Shown: positions 11,311-24,365 of the stretch, in pieces
Numbering within the stretch: position 1 is the first letter of the stretch
Layout: every line of letters begins with the position of its first letter
Assembly (NCBI GenBank): GCA_002104905.1
Contig: MCFE01000198.1
Span: 1 to 64,000 of the forward strand
Direction: 5' to 3'
Length of the DNA stretch: 64,000 nucleotides
Source of the DNA: Basidiobolus meristosporus CBS 931.73
Taxonomy: Eukaryota; Fungi; Basidiobolomycota
Notes under the pieces: model-generated
Told to the model about the DNA's origin: nothing
Seen by the model: the letters and a program-made list of their open reading frames with translations, nothing else
Databases searched by the model: none
Translations under genes and position numbers: made by a program

Positions 11311-11472
11311 ACGCGTACTTCTTAAAAAATCCAAATCCTTTCCTAAATCGCGAATCAGGATGAAAAAGGAATCCAACGTCCGTGATTTTCTTGCTCGTCG
11401 GCGCCTGTGGCCAATTACCTTCGAGTAATGAGTGACTTAAAAATGACGCGTTTTAGGACAACTATAGCGCGT
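11311..11472. promoter_or_regulatory. MCB-like (ACGCGT) cell-cycle elements upstream of H4
   Basis: ACGCGT at 11311 and 11446, GCGCGT at 11467, all within 230 bp of the H4 start. Confidence 0.4.
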
Positions 11473-11681
11473 TGGCGTGATGTACGTATTTATTTGATGT
11501 TCACTCTTAGAATATGTGTAAAAGTGGAAAGCAATGTCTATACATTAAATTGCTGAAAGGATGAAAATACCCAATGCTATGTATGGAAAACATAGCAGAC
11601 CCGGATATGAAATTAAATGACATTAATGACCAAGCTAATGTACTAAACAATGCGAAATTATGTAGCCAAGTGGGGCGCCCA

Positions 11682-13926
11682 TCAAGCCCAAACGTCTTCT
11701 TGATATCTGCCCCCGGTACGGAGTTTCTTGACGTACTCGTTGGCCTCTTCTTCTCCGAACGCCCCAGACTCAACTGCCATATCGACAATCACCTTGTGAA
11801 CATCCTTGGCCATCCTCTTCGCATCTCCGCAAACGTAGACATAGCCGCCCTCGTTATGGATAAGGTTCCATACTTGTGATTGGCGCTCTTTGAGCCTATG
11901 TTGGACATAGATCTTGTGCTCCTGCTCACGCGAGAAAGCGGTGATCATCTCGCTGTTGGGAAGCTTCTGGAACATCGCGTCCCACTCATCGGCATAGAGG
12001 AAATCCTCATCCCTACGACGACATCCAAAGAAAAGCATGGTAGGCCCCACATCTTTGCCTTGCTCCGCCTGATACACTCTCTCTTGGACGAAGCCACGGA
12101 AAGGTGCGACACCTGTGCCGGGTCCGATCATGATAACAGGCTTCCTCGAGTCGGTGGGAAGTCGGAAATTGCTCTTGCGAACAAACGATGGTACCTTGAT
12201 GAGGAGATTGGCGTCATTGGTGGCCGCCTCAACAACCTCTTGGTCATGGACTCCGTGGATGTAGTATGATGGAAAGGGCTTGTTGGACTCTTCAATGGCA
12301 GTACCTTCCATATGACGATGGATGGAGTAGAGGTAGTTTGTGGCAACGCCATATCTGATACGATCGGGGTGGCTGGGTGTCTGATAGCGGAGAACAACCG
12401 CAGTGATATGAACCGTGTCCGGATGAACAGTACCAGAGGAGGAAATACTGTAGTATCTGGGTTGAAGTCTACCCAGGCCTTCAATTAATAAGGGAATAGG
12501 CACTGTCATGCGCTCTCCTTCTGGAATCGAAGCTTGAGCCTCTTCCAGACGTTCAAGCATCTCACCAACATTGTGGCAAGGGACTACCACTTCTTCGTGG
12601 TAGAAATCCTTGTCTTCTCCAAGCTTCTTTAGGTACGCCTTTGATGGCTCATTGTTAGCCAGGGTTGCAAGGTCGGAGAAGAATTGACGAGATGGAAGGG
12701 CGCATATATCGAGATAGTGACGGAACATGACCCTGTAGGTCGTGGGTACTGGGAAGGGATACCTCTTGGTGGCGTTCGCGTCAACATTCTCCACAGTGAT
12801 GACCTTGTCAAGTTTGTTATCCTTCAATAGACCCAATGTTTTCGCAAGTCTGATCACTTCAGCATCAGAGTTGACGGGGAAAATGCCCAAGTGATCGCCG
12901 GTTTCATATGACATGCCGGTTCCCTTGATGTCAACCTCAGCATGAATGCATGATCCATCGGATTCATTAAACAACTCGCGAGTAAGCTTGATGGGCGCAA
13001 GATAGGGATTTTTGGCGTCGTAGGATGAAGCTTCAGAGTCAGGGCGCTCGGAAAGTTCGCCGCAATAGACTTTAGAAGGAGGGACCTTTTCATCGTGCTC
13101 GCTGAGCTTATATGTGAATGTAACGGCCTGCTCACCCTGGGTTGTTTGATGAAGACCCATGACTTCACAAACCTCCTTCCACATCGGGTCCTTCCAGGCG
13201 AGGAAGTACTCTTCCATAGAGGCATCGTCATCACCTTCTCCACGCTCTCCGATTCTTTGAGCACCCAAATCGGTCAATTTTGAATCAATCAAACGACCGA
13301 TGGCGTTGAAGAATTCGTAAGTCTTGTTACCAAGTCCGAATACAACGTACTTGAGGTTCTTCAGTGGCTTTCCGTCACCCTCAGGGTCAGCACCATTAGA
13401 GAACTCAGGTTCTTCTTCGCTTAGAAGCTCGAAAAATTGAGCTGCGTTGTCGGTAGGCTCACCCTCACCGTATGTGGCAGCGACAAAAAAGGCGATCTTG
13501 TCAGATGGTAGCTGATCGAGGAGTTCCATATCACAGTCCTCTGGGTCGAGGACCAAGCAACGAAGACCATAGCGTTGCTCACCTTCCTTAGCCAAGCGGG
13601 CTGCGAGATCTTCGGCAGTACCGGTTTGAGAGCCGAAGAAGATGACGGCATTTTTGTCCTGTATAAACGGGGATTAGTTCAGGAAACAAGATGCCACTGA
13701 TATTATGAAGGCATACAGTTTCATTCATTTTCTCGATGAAATTGCGATTCTTCTTTGGGGCAATCTTGGCACCCTGGCTAGGCACCAGAGAGGGCTCCTT
13801 CCTAGCCTCAGCTTTGGGAGAGAACAGAGACTTGCGGAACAAGTAAGCAACCGATAAGGCAACAGTCACTAGAATGATAACGACATCTGAAGTGCCAAAT
13901 GATGAATCAGGTGTGGCGTCCGACAT
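11682..13926 (-). CDS. NCP1: NADPH-cytochrome P450 reductase, 2 exons
   Basis: N-terminal membrane anchor, FMN loop FFGSQTGTAE, ATYGEGEP, FAD motif RYYSISSS, NADPH motif MIGPGTGVAPFRGF, YVCGD, terminal QEDVW; intron 13659-13716. Confidence 0.97.
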
Positions 13927-14886
13927 GATAAGCAAACGAGAGGAAAGTCTTCAAGTTCAAGGAGAGTTGGGTGCTAGGGGATATATTTAATTACCACGAG
14001 TCAATCTCAATGTATCCATTTGGAAATAGACAAAAAACTTTTCCAATGATAGCTTATCTGGGCATATGTTGGAAATCCTGCTCAACTAGATATAGGTCGT
14101 CAGAATCATTCCCCCAATTGGCCAGTCTTTGATCTTGGCGAGATACATCTTTCATGACTACAAACATTCGGAGAAATTGGAACCCTAACCACTATCAAAT
14201 TGGGATTGAGCCGGGAAAATTACTGGATAATTGGGAAAGTTCAATGTTATACTGAGTTGGCACCGCATTGGTATGGATTTACTAGGTAATGATCTGTCAC
14301 TAGTAACCGCAGAAAAGAATCTGATAAGGATAGCTTGCGGAATATGTAAGATCTGATAATATAACCAAGAAACTAAACAAATTATGGAATCTTACATATT
14401 CAGGATTCAATTCCAGGGGCCTTGAGATCCCCGGTAGAATCGTGCGATCACTCAAATATACAGTGCTCGGTTTCACGTATAGAATAAACAACTTTCCATA
14501 AAATAAAGCGCTTAGCAAAGATTCACATGTATGCATAGAAAATTTTGCTGAAAAAATAGAAAAAAATCTTCATGAAAAACATGAACAACAACCAGTAGGA
14601 GCCCATGATTTTCTCGAGAAAAAAACCAACACCAAGTTGCATCTTTTTAGTCTAACACTATCTCTAATTGGCAACTTTCCTCTTTCTCAAACCCAAGTCG
14701 ACATACGTCTCTAGAAATACTAGTTTCTAGTTTTTAGTTTATTTTACAACTTACATTCGAGCTGAAGTTTAGCCCCTTTTCGTTAACCCGAATTCCTAGC
14801 TAAGCTTTTCATAATCAACTCCATTGCTCGCATTTAGGAACCTTTTAGAACTAAGTTAAGCTTGAACTTTCAAGGGTATATTGACG

Positions 14887-17532
14887 ATGACTACCCCAAC
14901 CACAGAACAAGTTCCCGCTGCTGAAGCTCTCCCTCAACAGCCCAAGTGTGAGGCAACTCCCATAGAAAATATTCCTACTCAGGAGGAATCTACGAAACCT
15001 GAATTGGCGCCTTCCCCAGCAGTCAATGTTTGGGAGGTTAGAAAGGAAACCGTAGGACAAGAGCAAGAAGTGAAAAAGCCAGTTGGTAATAGCTCTGGTA
15101 AGACAACTCACCATACATGAGCGACTTCAGAGAATTGAATCAAACATCGAGTGTGTCGGAATCAATTCGGCTCGAGTTCCAAAGTTATACCTTCCTTAAC
15201 CTGATACTGAAAATATCATTTGTTATTGGAAATAGACTGGCCTGAGCCTGCTGCTTCTCTTAAGGCCGCCGAGGCAGAGAAGAAGCCCGACACTCCCAAG
15301 AAGGCCGCCGGCCAAAAGGGTAAGCCTCTCTGTCCGCTTATAGTCTCGAACACCATAATCTAAACAGCGACTTCTATTAGGACGTGGCAAATGGGTTCCT
15401 TTCACCGCACAAATCAGCCACAAGTCTAATTCTCGTAACCCAAAGAAAACCAACGCTGATGGCAAACAAGACCAATCCAACGGGAACGGTCGCACTCGTC
15501 CTAGACAAAGACGTGGAAGCGCCTCCAACAGCATCCGCAACAAGAGCCATCCTAACGGGGACTACAATGGAACTGAAAATCCCGCTCCTAGCGAGAGACG
15601 TAAATAGTATTTTTACGATAAGCCCATAGCGTTCATGCACTCATCTGATTCATTTGCGTAGGCGTCTCTTACTCGCACACAAAAGCATATACCTCTGCTC
15701 GTCGCACCAGTGGACAGCGCAGACCCCAGAAGAAGAAGCTGGACCCGGAAACCTTGAAGAGTAAGCTAAAGTCACAAATCGAATACTACTTCAGTATCGA
15801 GAACCTTTGTCGCGATGTTTACTTCCGTACCCAAATGGACGCTGAAGGTTATGTCCCAGTATCACTGTTGGCCGGATTTAACAGAGTCAAGGCTCTTACT
15901 CAAGACGAGGAGCTGGTTCACGACGCCCTTGCCTCCAGTGACGTTGTTGACCTCAAGGACATGAAGGTCCGTAAGAAGGGTGACTGGGCCAGATGGTTGT
16001 TCCCTACTCAACAACAAGAGCAAAAGCAAGCCGCCCCTGCCACCCCTGCCCCCTCAAACCCTCAACCCGCCGCTTCCCCAATCAGTAGCGCCAGACCTCC
16101 TGTCCCTCCCACCTCTACTAGATCTCCTCTAGCCAACAACTCCTCCAGACCTCCCATCCCACCTCAAGCCAAGCAAAACCGCAGACGCTCGCTATTGTCC
16201 CCCGCCCTCAAGCCCAAGAAGTCCAGCAATGACGATGACGATGATCTTTTCCAATTCGACGAGGACTTCGAAAACCAAGATACTCGCGCCGGACAAAAGG
16301 TTCAGAAGTACTACGACAGCACCGATGAGTCTGATCTTGATGACGACATGGAGGAAATCGATGAAGATACCGTGGCCAGAATCTTGATTCTTACCCAGAA
16401 GCGTCACGACAGAACCAGCGAGAAGTTCGATAGAAAGGCTATGGATGAGGAGATCACTGAGATGATCAACGAAGGTCTTTACCACTACGAACATGCCCTC
16501 AGAAAAAAGCAGCCCAACGAAAGATCTGCATCTAATACCAAGGTTGAGACTGTCCCCGAGGAGCAGTTCAATGGCTTACAGCAATCTGTGCGCTCCGTTG
16601 ATGCTGGTATGACTGCTGGTTTATCCACTGGACTCTCCAGCAAGACTATCGTTGTCCAAGATGGTGAGCGCAAGAAGAAAAAGAAGAAGCGCGCACCCAA
16701 GTTCTACCCCATCAAGGGTCAGAGAACTCCTTACGGCAGTCTTAGCGGAAGCTACGGTGCTAGCTATGGTGCCAGCTACGGCGCCAGCTTTGGCAGCTAC
16801 AGGAGAGGTGGTATGAAGATCCCTGACTCCAGACAGCACCATTCTCAAGCCGCTGTCGGTTGGGTGCTTGGTGATCAACCCTACCATCCCGGAGAAGCCA
16901 CTCCTCCCAACTCCCTTCCTTACTCCGCCTCTCCTGGTGGCCACATGGAAGGAGTTTACTCTTCTTCTCTTGGACAGTCCCTCCCTACTTTCCAGCATCC
17001 CAGTCACGACCTTCTTCGCGAGAATGGCTTTATGCAACATAAATACTACAAATACCATGCCAAGGCCCTTAAGGAGCGTAAGCGCCTAGGTATTGGTCAC
17101 TCCCAAGAAATGAACACTCTCTTCCGCTTCTGGTCTCACTTCTTGAGAGATCACTTCAACCGCAAGGTTTACAACGAATTCAAGCGTCTTGCCGTTGAGG
17201 ATGCTGAGGCCAACTACCGCTACGGTTTGGAGTGCCTCTTCCGTTTCTTCTCCTACGGCCTTGAGAAGAAGTTCCGCCCCGAAATCTTCGAGGAGTTCCA
17301 AGAGCTTACACACGCCGATTTCGAGAATGGATTCTTGTACGGTCTTGAGAAGTTCTGGGCCTACTTGTACTACAGAAAGGATAAGGAGACTAACCACGTC
17401 AAGGTCAACGATGCCCTAACCAAGATCCTCGAGAACTTCAAGACTCTCGATGACTTCCGTAAGGCCCAACAAGAGCGTCAAAACCATATCAACCAGCTCA
17501 ACCAAGAGAAGCAAGCGGCTCTTGCCAAGTAA
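14887..17532 (+). CDS. LARP1: La-related protein LARP1 (La motif plus DM15 domain), multi-exon
   Basis: La motif [38 protein letters not shown]; DM15 [50 protein letters not shown]. Confidence 0.93.
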
Positions 17533-17960
17533 ACCATCACACTCTTAGTAAACGGAGACTTCCATCGCTGTCATCAACAACATTATACATACACATATTT
17601 ATAGAAAAGAGGTGGTATGGAAAGCCACAGCTTAGGATTTTCGCATCATCTCTATTGTTCTATGATTTGTTATCTGAATCCTACCTTCGTTTAATACACC
17701 TTTCCCATCATATAGACCAACCTCTATCTTCCCATTTCCCAGTCAGTGTCTTTTTTATGTGCTCTTTATTGATTCTCGGGTCTTTCTAAGCCTTTGTACA
17801 AATCCACCTTCTCTCTTTTTGTTCTCTTCGTATTAAGCCTGCTAGAAAGTAAGCACCGAGTTGATCGTTCACATCATCGAAAATCCCAAAAAAAAATTCA
17901 AAAATCCCTAAAATATCCCCCAAAAATAAACTCCATCCACCCTATCCCCCGAGCTGCCCA

Positions 17961-17968
17961 TGACGTCA
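17961..17968. promoter_or_regulatory. CRE/ATF palindrome upstream of the SENP8-like gene
   Basis: TGACGTCA 140 bp before ATG 18108; single site that could be chance. Confidence 0.25.
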
Positions 17969-18107
17969 ACGAGGGCAATGTTTGAACCGAGCCGTTTGTT
18001 GCGTATGAAGAGCGTCAGTCGATCCGATGAGGTCATCCCAGCTTGCTTCCAATGTCGATATATAGACATTCGGGTTGGCCTACCGACCCGCAACATAGGC
18101 CTAATTC

Positions 18108-19099
18108 ATGAGCGACATAGTACTAGAATACCACGACTCTATTCTGCGCACCGAGGACGTGGCCCTGCTGCAGGACGGGGAGTGGATAAACGACGCCATC
18201 ATCGACTTCTTTTATGAGTTGGGCTTCACTTGGCTTTCCAGTTGGTGGCGTGGGACTGACGTTTCTTGAACTTGTAGATTCCTGGAGAAAACGCTGGAGA
18301 CCCACGAGATACTTTACATGAGGCCGGCGCTTGTTCACCTGATAGCTCACGCCACAGGTATGTTGCCCGCTGGGAGGCTCTTCCAGACCCAGACCCAGTC
18401 CGAGACTAAGCCAGCATCTTGACCCACCAGACACCAGTGATTTCTCCTCCGCTCTGCCCAGCGACCTGCCCCACCGCCAGCTTCTGTTTATACCCGTCAA
18501 CGATAATATTGGCGAGGGGGTGGGTGGAAGCCATTGGTAGGTTGCCTCGCCATTGCCCCGTGTTGTCACCGCACAAGCCTAAAACGTCACCCTAGGTCTC
18601 TCATGGTGTTCCATCGCAACAGCAACACTTTCTATTACTACGACTCCATACGCGATCTCAACCTAAAGCACGCCGAACACACGGCCAAGAGGTTCGCGAA
18701 GGTGCTGAAGCTACAAGGTAAGGAGGGTCTCCACTGTGCACCCGCAGCTTAACCACTCACCGTTTCCAGAGGTGCGATTCCAGGTGATGGAGACCCCCCA
18801 GCAAAGCAACGGTAGGTCGTCCTCGAATCCCACCACCGTCGTCCCTATGAACTAACCGTTTACCCCCCCCCCTCCCCCGGGCAGGCTCCGACTGCGGGAT
18901 ATACGTGATCAGCGTGACCGAATTGCTGTCCAAGAGGTTGCTGAACATCATCGAGGACAAGGTGACCTACAATTTCGAGGGTTTCTGGACCGCCCATGAC
19001 CACGAGGTGGTTCAACCGAGCGTTGAACGGCAACGTGTCAGGAACCTCATCTTCGAGCTGGCGCGAGAGGGCCAAACACCAACCAAAACAAACCCGTAG
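18108..19099 (+). CDS. SENP8: NEDD8-specific protease (SENP8/NEDP1, C48 family), 6 exons
   Basis: Spliced MSDIVLEYHDSILRTEDVALLQDGEWINDAIIDF..IPVNDN..GGSHWSL..YYDS..QQSNGSDCGIYV with His-Asp-Cys triad. Confidence 0.88.
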
Positions 19100-19253
19100 T
19101 TGACTTTTATCGTTCATTCTAATAAATTCCTTCTATTTCATGGGCCATTTTTCATTGCTGGCTGGGAGAGGAGATGGATCAAAATCACGTATATTTACAT
19201 AAGTGAGTGGGGAGAGGTGGGAAAATAGAAGCTAATGGTGGCGCGCCAGGGGG

Positions 19254-20857
19254 TTACACTTCAATCTCCATCCCATCTTGGTCGACGTCATGTTCGTCGT
19301 CATAGAAATCGTTGTCCACCTCGACATAACTGTCTTGTCTCTTGTCTGGATTCCTATCCGAGTCCTCGTCCTGTCTACCATCGTCCTCAAGAAATCCTTG
19401 GATGTCCGGGGGAATCTCCTGCATCTGCACACTGGGTGCACCGTTCAGATAGCGTAGATGCTCAAACACCCGTGCCCGTAGTTGCTCGAGGTAGGTCCTT
19501 GTGTTCATGTTCTCGACCCTACCGGAGAGCTTCGGATGCAGCTTGTAATCGGGCGCAAAGAAGTCGTAGTATGTGTTTGACGGAAGGTCGTTGCTTAGAT
19601 CCGTGTCAACAATGATCGACGTCTCGTAGGTCCAGCATCGAGCAACGTTTCGAACCGTGTAGCCGCCCCCGCCAACCACCAGTGTAGGAATGCCGAATCC
19701 CTTGATGAATCTCACGCATTCCCCATGTGCGGCGATACTCAGGTTGAAGCATCCCAAGCGGTCGCACCCCAGCGAGTCTGCTCCACACTGCAGCACAATG
19801 GCTGAGGGCCTGAAAGAGGTGATCACGTTCTCCATTACTGATTTGAAGAGCCATGTGTAGGACTGATCGTCGATGCCATCCTTGAGGGGGACATTCAGTG
19901 CAAAGTATTTCCCCAGAGTCGAGCCAATCTCATCTATGTGTCCGGTCCCTGGGAAGAAGTCCCCGTTGTATTTGTGAAAAGACACAGTCATCACTCTGTC
20001 AGTAGTGTAGAAGGCTTCCTGCACACCGTCGCCGTGGTGAATATCGATGTCGATGTATAACACCCTTGGATGGTACCTGTTAACACAATCAAGGGGGGAG
20101 GGGGTTAGAGCTCGCCACCAATAAGGATATACAGTGAACCCACTGACCGCAGTAGCTGGAGAATCGCCAAGACAATATCGTTCACGTAACAAAATCCCGA
20201 AGCCTCGAATTTTTTGGCGTGATGCAATCCGCCAGACCAATTGACCGCAATATCGCATCCACCCGAAAGCAATTTTCTTGCCGCCTCCAGCGAGGCTCCG
20301 GCAGAGATCTGGCAGAAGTCGTACATCCCTTCGAAAATTGGGCAATCGTCCCCGATGTTGAAGCGGGAGAAACATTGGCTGAAGGAGTCCACATTCTCGG
20401 GGGTGACTCTGGTGGAAAAATTTTAGCTCTCTGGAAAACACTTCACTGCGCCTCCCTCCAAACAAGATCGTGGGGGCCTTTACCGTTTAAGAAAGTCGAT
20501 GTAATCGGACGAGTGGAAGTCCAGCATTTCTTGCTCCGTCGCCCTTCGCGGTTGATATATGTCGAGTTTGCGGTGTAGGCCGTAGCTCAGCACCAGGTGA
20601 TTCGTCAAGGTCAATCTGTGTGGTTTCATTGGATGGTGTTCCTGATAAAGGCACGTTTCTCGAGTTAGCACGCAGGGTTGTTAACCGGCTCGACCAAGTA
20701 AGAATGAACCTACACCATAATGGAAGTTTCCGACTTCTTCTTCGTGAAAATAAGCTACTCTGACCTTGTTGTGAGAGCGTACCGAAGAACCATGGTTTGT
20801 CGAACTGAGCCCAGGATAACCCTTGGTTTTGGTGGTAAAAGTCGAAGAGTATGACAT
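19254..20857 (-). CDS. HOS2: Class I histone deacetylase, Hos2/HosA type, 4 exons
   Basis: [66 protein letters not shown]; GDDCP and HKYNGDFFP match the Hos2 subfamily. Confidence 0.9.
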
Positions 20858-21175
20858 GTTCCCTCTTCAGTCCCTCAAACAATATATCTTCTTTGGGGGG
20901 TGGAGCCTTGATGAAATCTCTTGAAGACAATCTAGCTCTTAACACTCTTGGTGGAGTTCTGGGTTAAGCTGGGATTTTCATGTGGAAGATAATTGGACTT
21001 TTCAATACTGTTCCTCGATTGGATATTGATTGATGAATAATTCGCAGCACAACTTCGGATATTCTCATAATCATGGAACGAATATTACTCATTTAATTAT
21101 ACAACGAGGATGAAGGGATGGTTACAGGATCGATGATGAAGTTATACATATGGTACATGTTTATGTTGAGAATGT

Positions 21176-24079
21176 TCAGATAAACTCAACTAAAGGACGG
21201 GCATCTATAACCGACCCGTCTCTAGAATGATTTCTTCGTCCTCTGGAGATATTACTGCAGTAAGTAGATCGCGGGCCATATCTAAGGAATATTGCGTTAA
21301 GAACAACTCGATATGCGCTCAGTGACCGATGCTGACCTGAAACAAGCTCGTGTTCATCCATTCCATCAGTGTGGAGTGAGAGACGAGTCATTGCCGAGAT
21401 ATATTCGTGATAGGTTTCCTGAGAGCTCAAAAGCTTCTGTAAACAATTGCCGCGTAGACATACCAAATGGATGAGCTTGATACATGACTCGATCAACTTG
21501 CTCCTGGAAAACCGTTCGTTAGATGAGAAAGCAACAAGCTAAACTGAACCGATACACTACTGTTCAGCTTCGAGCCTCGGATTTTCTATATATTGATCAA
21601 GCTCAACTCCGAGCCCTTTGATCAGATTCGGCAATATCTAAAGAAAGCTTAACTTCCGCTAGGACTCTGGCCTGAAGTTGAAGAATGATGTACCTTGGAC
21701 GAATCGGCAATGATTCTGGTGCCAGAGTGGTACTGCGCCACGACTAATGAGTATAGCTGTACAATAGAGCACTTGATGACGTATCCCTAAAGTATGCATG
21801 TTAGTCTACTGTTGAGCTTCAAGCACGCTTCGAATATTTACATGAACGTCGCTTGTGACTTTCAGCAAATGTTCACTCAGTCTGTCCAGGATCGATAATC
21901 TAGGTTGGCAATGCGAGGTCTCCTGAGAAGCTTCCATTTCGAATACACTCCAAAAATCAGAAACTGGGTCGAGTGAGAGATGTCAGTGATGTACTGCACA
22001 GAATACATTGGAATGAATAATTGTACCAGAGAGAAGTTGCGATATCATCTCCAGTAAGGAGATGAAAATCATCGGTGGGATTTCAATGTCAAAAAAATCA
22101 ACCAGGATTCCTTCAGTAAACAGAGGTCGAAACCTAAAACTTGGCCATTAATTCCACAGCAAGTGTGTGCGACCAGCTAGAAATATGATATATACCGAGA
22201 AATACACTCCGCGCTACAATCCTCAAGTAGCGAATACAGGATAATAAACGAATGTTGCAGAAGTTCGTTCTCCGTACCGTTCTCAACCATCTTCTTTCCT
22301 GAAGTCACTATCTTCAGCACATGAAATATATTCATCAGGATAGTTGGTGAGTTCGAGAGCTCTGGGTCGGATTCATTCTCATTAGCAGGGCCTAATGATG
22401 TACAAGTCAGCCAAACAATCGAGTTTACGAATTTAAATATCGAAATATACCCAAGACATATTGTCGACATGCCGGATACGATACAAGTAAAGTCTCAACA
22501 ACTTGAAGTAAGTGTTTAAGAATCTCTCTCTACAAAAATATTAAAACCACGCTCTGTATGAAATTGATAAATGAAGGTTAACGTACATCGCCAGAGTTCA
22601 GTACCAATTGAAGGTATCGATTCAAAATGATCAATAGCTTCTGCGGGTACATCGAGAAGTTGGATTTCTCATTGGTTGTTAGAATCTGTAGCAACTCTTG
22701 GGATAGTTGCGATAGAATATGTCTAAACTCTGATCGGTCTACCACACGTAGTAAGTACAAGTTGGCGTATATATACTTACCACACACTTACCTTTGTTGG
22801 AATCTGAGGAACATTGGCTGATTAATTTGTATAGCGCAGAGCGAGGATATGCCGTTTCGTTCGGCTCGAGATCATTATCGGGGTCATATAATAATCTCTT
22901 TAAGCCAGGCTCCTTTTTTTCAAATTGTGAATTTGCCACAGCTATACGTTGTCGTATTGGAGAAGTGTCTTGAGCAGTGTCATATTGGTCGTTCTCAATC
23001 TTTTCGGCTGGTTGATTTTGATTGCTTGAAATATCAGGAGGTTCTTTAAACCCGGAGATGGTTGGGAAGGATGGCGTACTGCTAGGATTCAGTGGACTAC
23101 AATGATTTGAGTGTATCATTTCCTGAGCACTGCTTGTCATTTGAAGTTCGGTTGCTCTTCTTCGGCTTTGAAGCTGTGATGCCTGAACTTCTTGCTCCTT
23201 AAATAGTAGCACAGTATTCAACCTATCAATCTCTTTCTGATATGTTTGGCTGAGCATCTTGGCCTGCTCTTTTGCTATTATCTGTTCCTTGGTCAAGCTC
23301 TCTCTAAGCTTCGAATTCTCAAGCTCCATCTTTGAAAGCCGTTGTCGTACATGCGTCACCTCTCCTTTTTCTATTAGCATTCGATCCATATCTAGCTTTC
23401 GCCTTTTGTTCTCCTCCTTTAACTTTTCTATTTCTTGTTGCAGGGCTACCAACTGGGTTGTCATAGAAGCTTGCTTACTTGACAACAAAGAACTAGGCTG
23501 TCTGGTGTCCAGCGGCCTTTTTCGAGGTGGGGCGAACTGAGAGGTGGTTGGGGAGAAAGAAAAGTTTTCTTTGTCACAGGAGAAGAACGATTGCGAATCT
23601 AGACCAACACGAAAATTACTGGCGGAAGGTAAAAGATATTGGGAATTTGGTTGTTGGGAAAGATATTCGGTTTCCTTTTCTACTAATTCTTGCACCACTG
23701 AGTCGTCTAGATCATAGTTGTCAAACTCGTCGTCTTCAAAATTCTCGCTGGTGAAACCATCCTTAGGGTCTATGGCTTGGGATTGTTTATTTGCTGTCGA
23801 GATGTTTCGCGAATGAAATAGAGGTACCCCTGTCAGTGACAAGTCATTATTGTTTCTGCTTTTTACATTTACACTGGCTTGGGACTCCATTCTTAACAAT
23901 TGCTCCGTGTTTCCCGAGGGAAATTCAATCCAATTAGATCCGTAAGGATTCTCGTGTTGTCTAAAGGCATTGCCTTTATGTGACTGTGTATCGCTACGTT
24001 TGAGGAATTGTCTCGCCGAGGAAGCATGGTAAGCTTTACTAGAGGCAGGCGGATTCTTGGTCGGGAGCATAGCCGCCAT
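21176..24079 (-). CDS. ATRIP/Rad26/UvsD-like checkpoint protein (putative), multi-exon
   Basis: Acidic DDEFDNYDLDDSVVQEL patch, coiled coil KGEVTHVRQRL...LNTVLLFKEQEV, many S/T-Q sites, then helical Leu-rich exons; 3' end approximate. Confidence 0.6.
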
Positions 24080-24365
24080 GCTATTCTAGTTGTAGTAAGT
24101 AAATATCAAGAATTAAAGGCCAGGAAATGAGTTGATCTCGACCTATTTGCATTTATTTCTATCGAATATTTTACCGCAATTTCTTGTACACTCAATCCAT
24201 GCAACCCTCTTAAATAATCTAATAGTCAAAACAAAGATAATTAGCAATTGGAAACCCACACCAATGCAAACCATGAACACTATTGGAAAAATCCAATCTA
24301 CTGCATGAAAAAGTCAGCGTTAAAATAGTGCCGCTTATATTTATGTACATTGATTCACAAACATT

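Noticed and set aside
15098-15235. Possible U12 (minor) intron in LARP1, because of TCCTTAAC at 15193-15200
   Set aside because: The donor is GTAAGA (U2 type), not RTATCCTT, and the motif is about 35 nt from the acceptor. I found no U12-type donor at any decoded intron.
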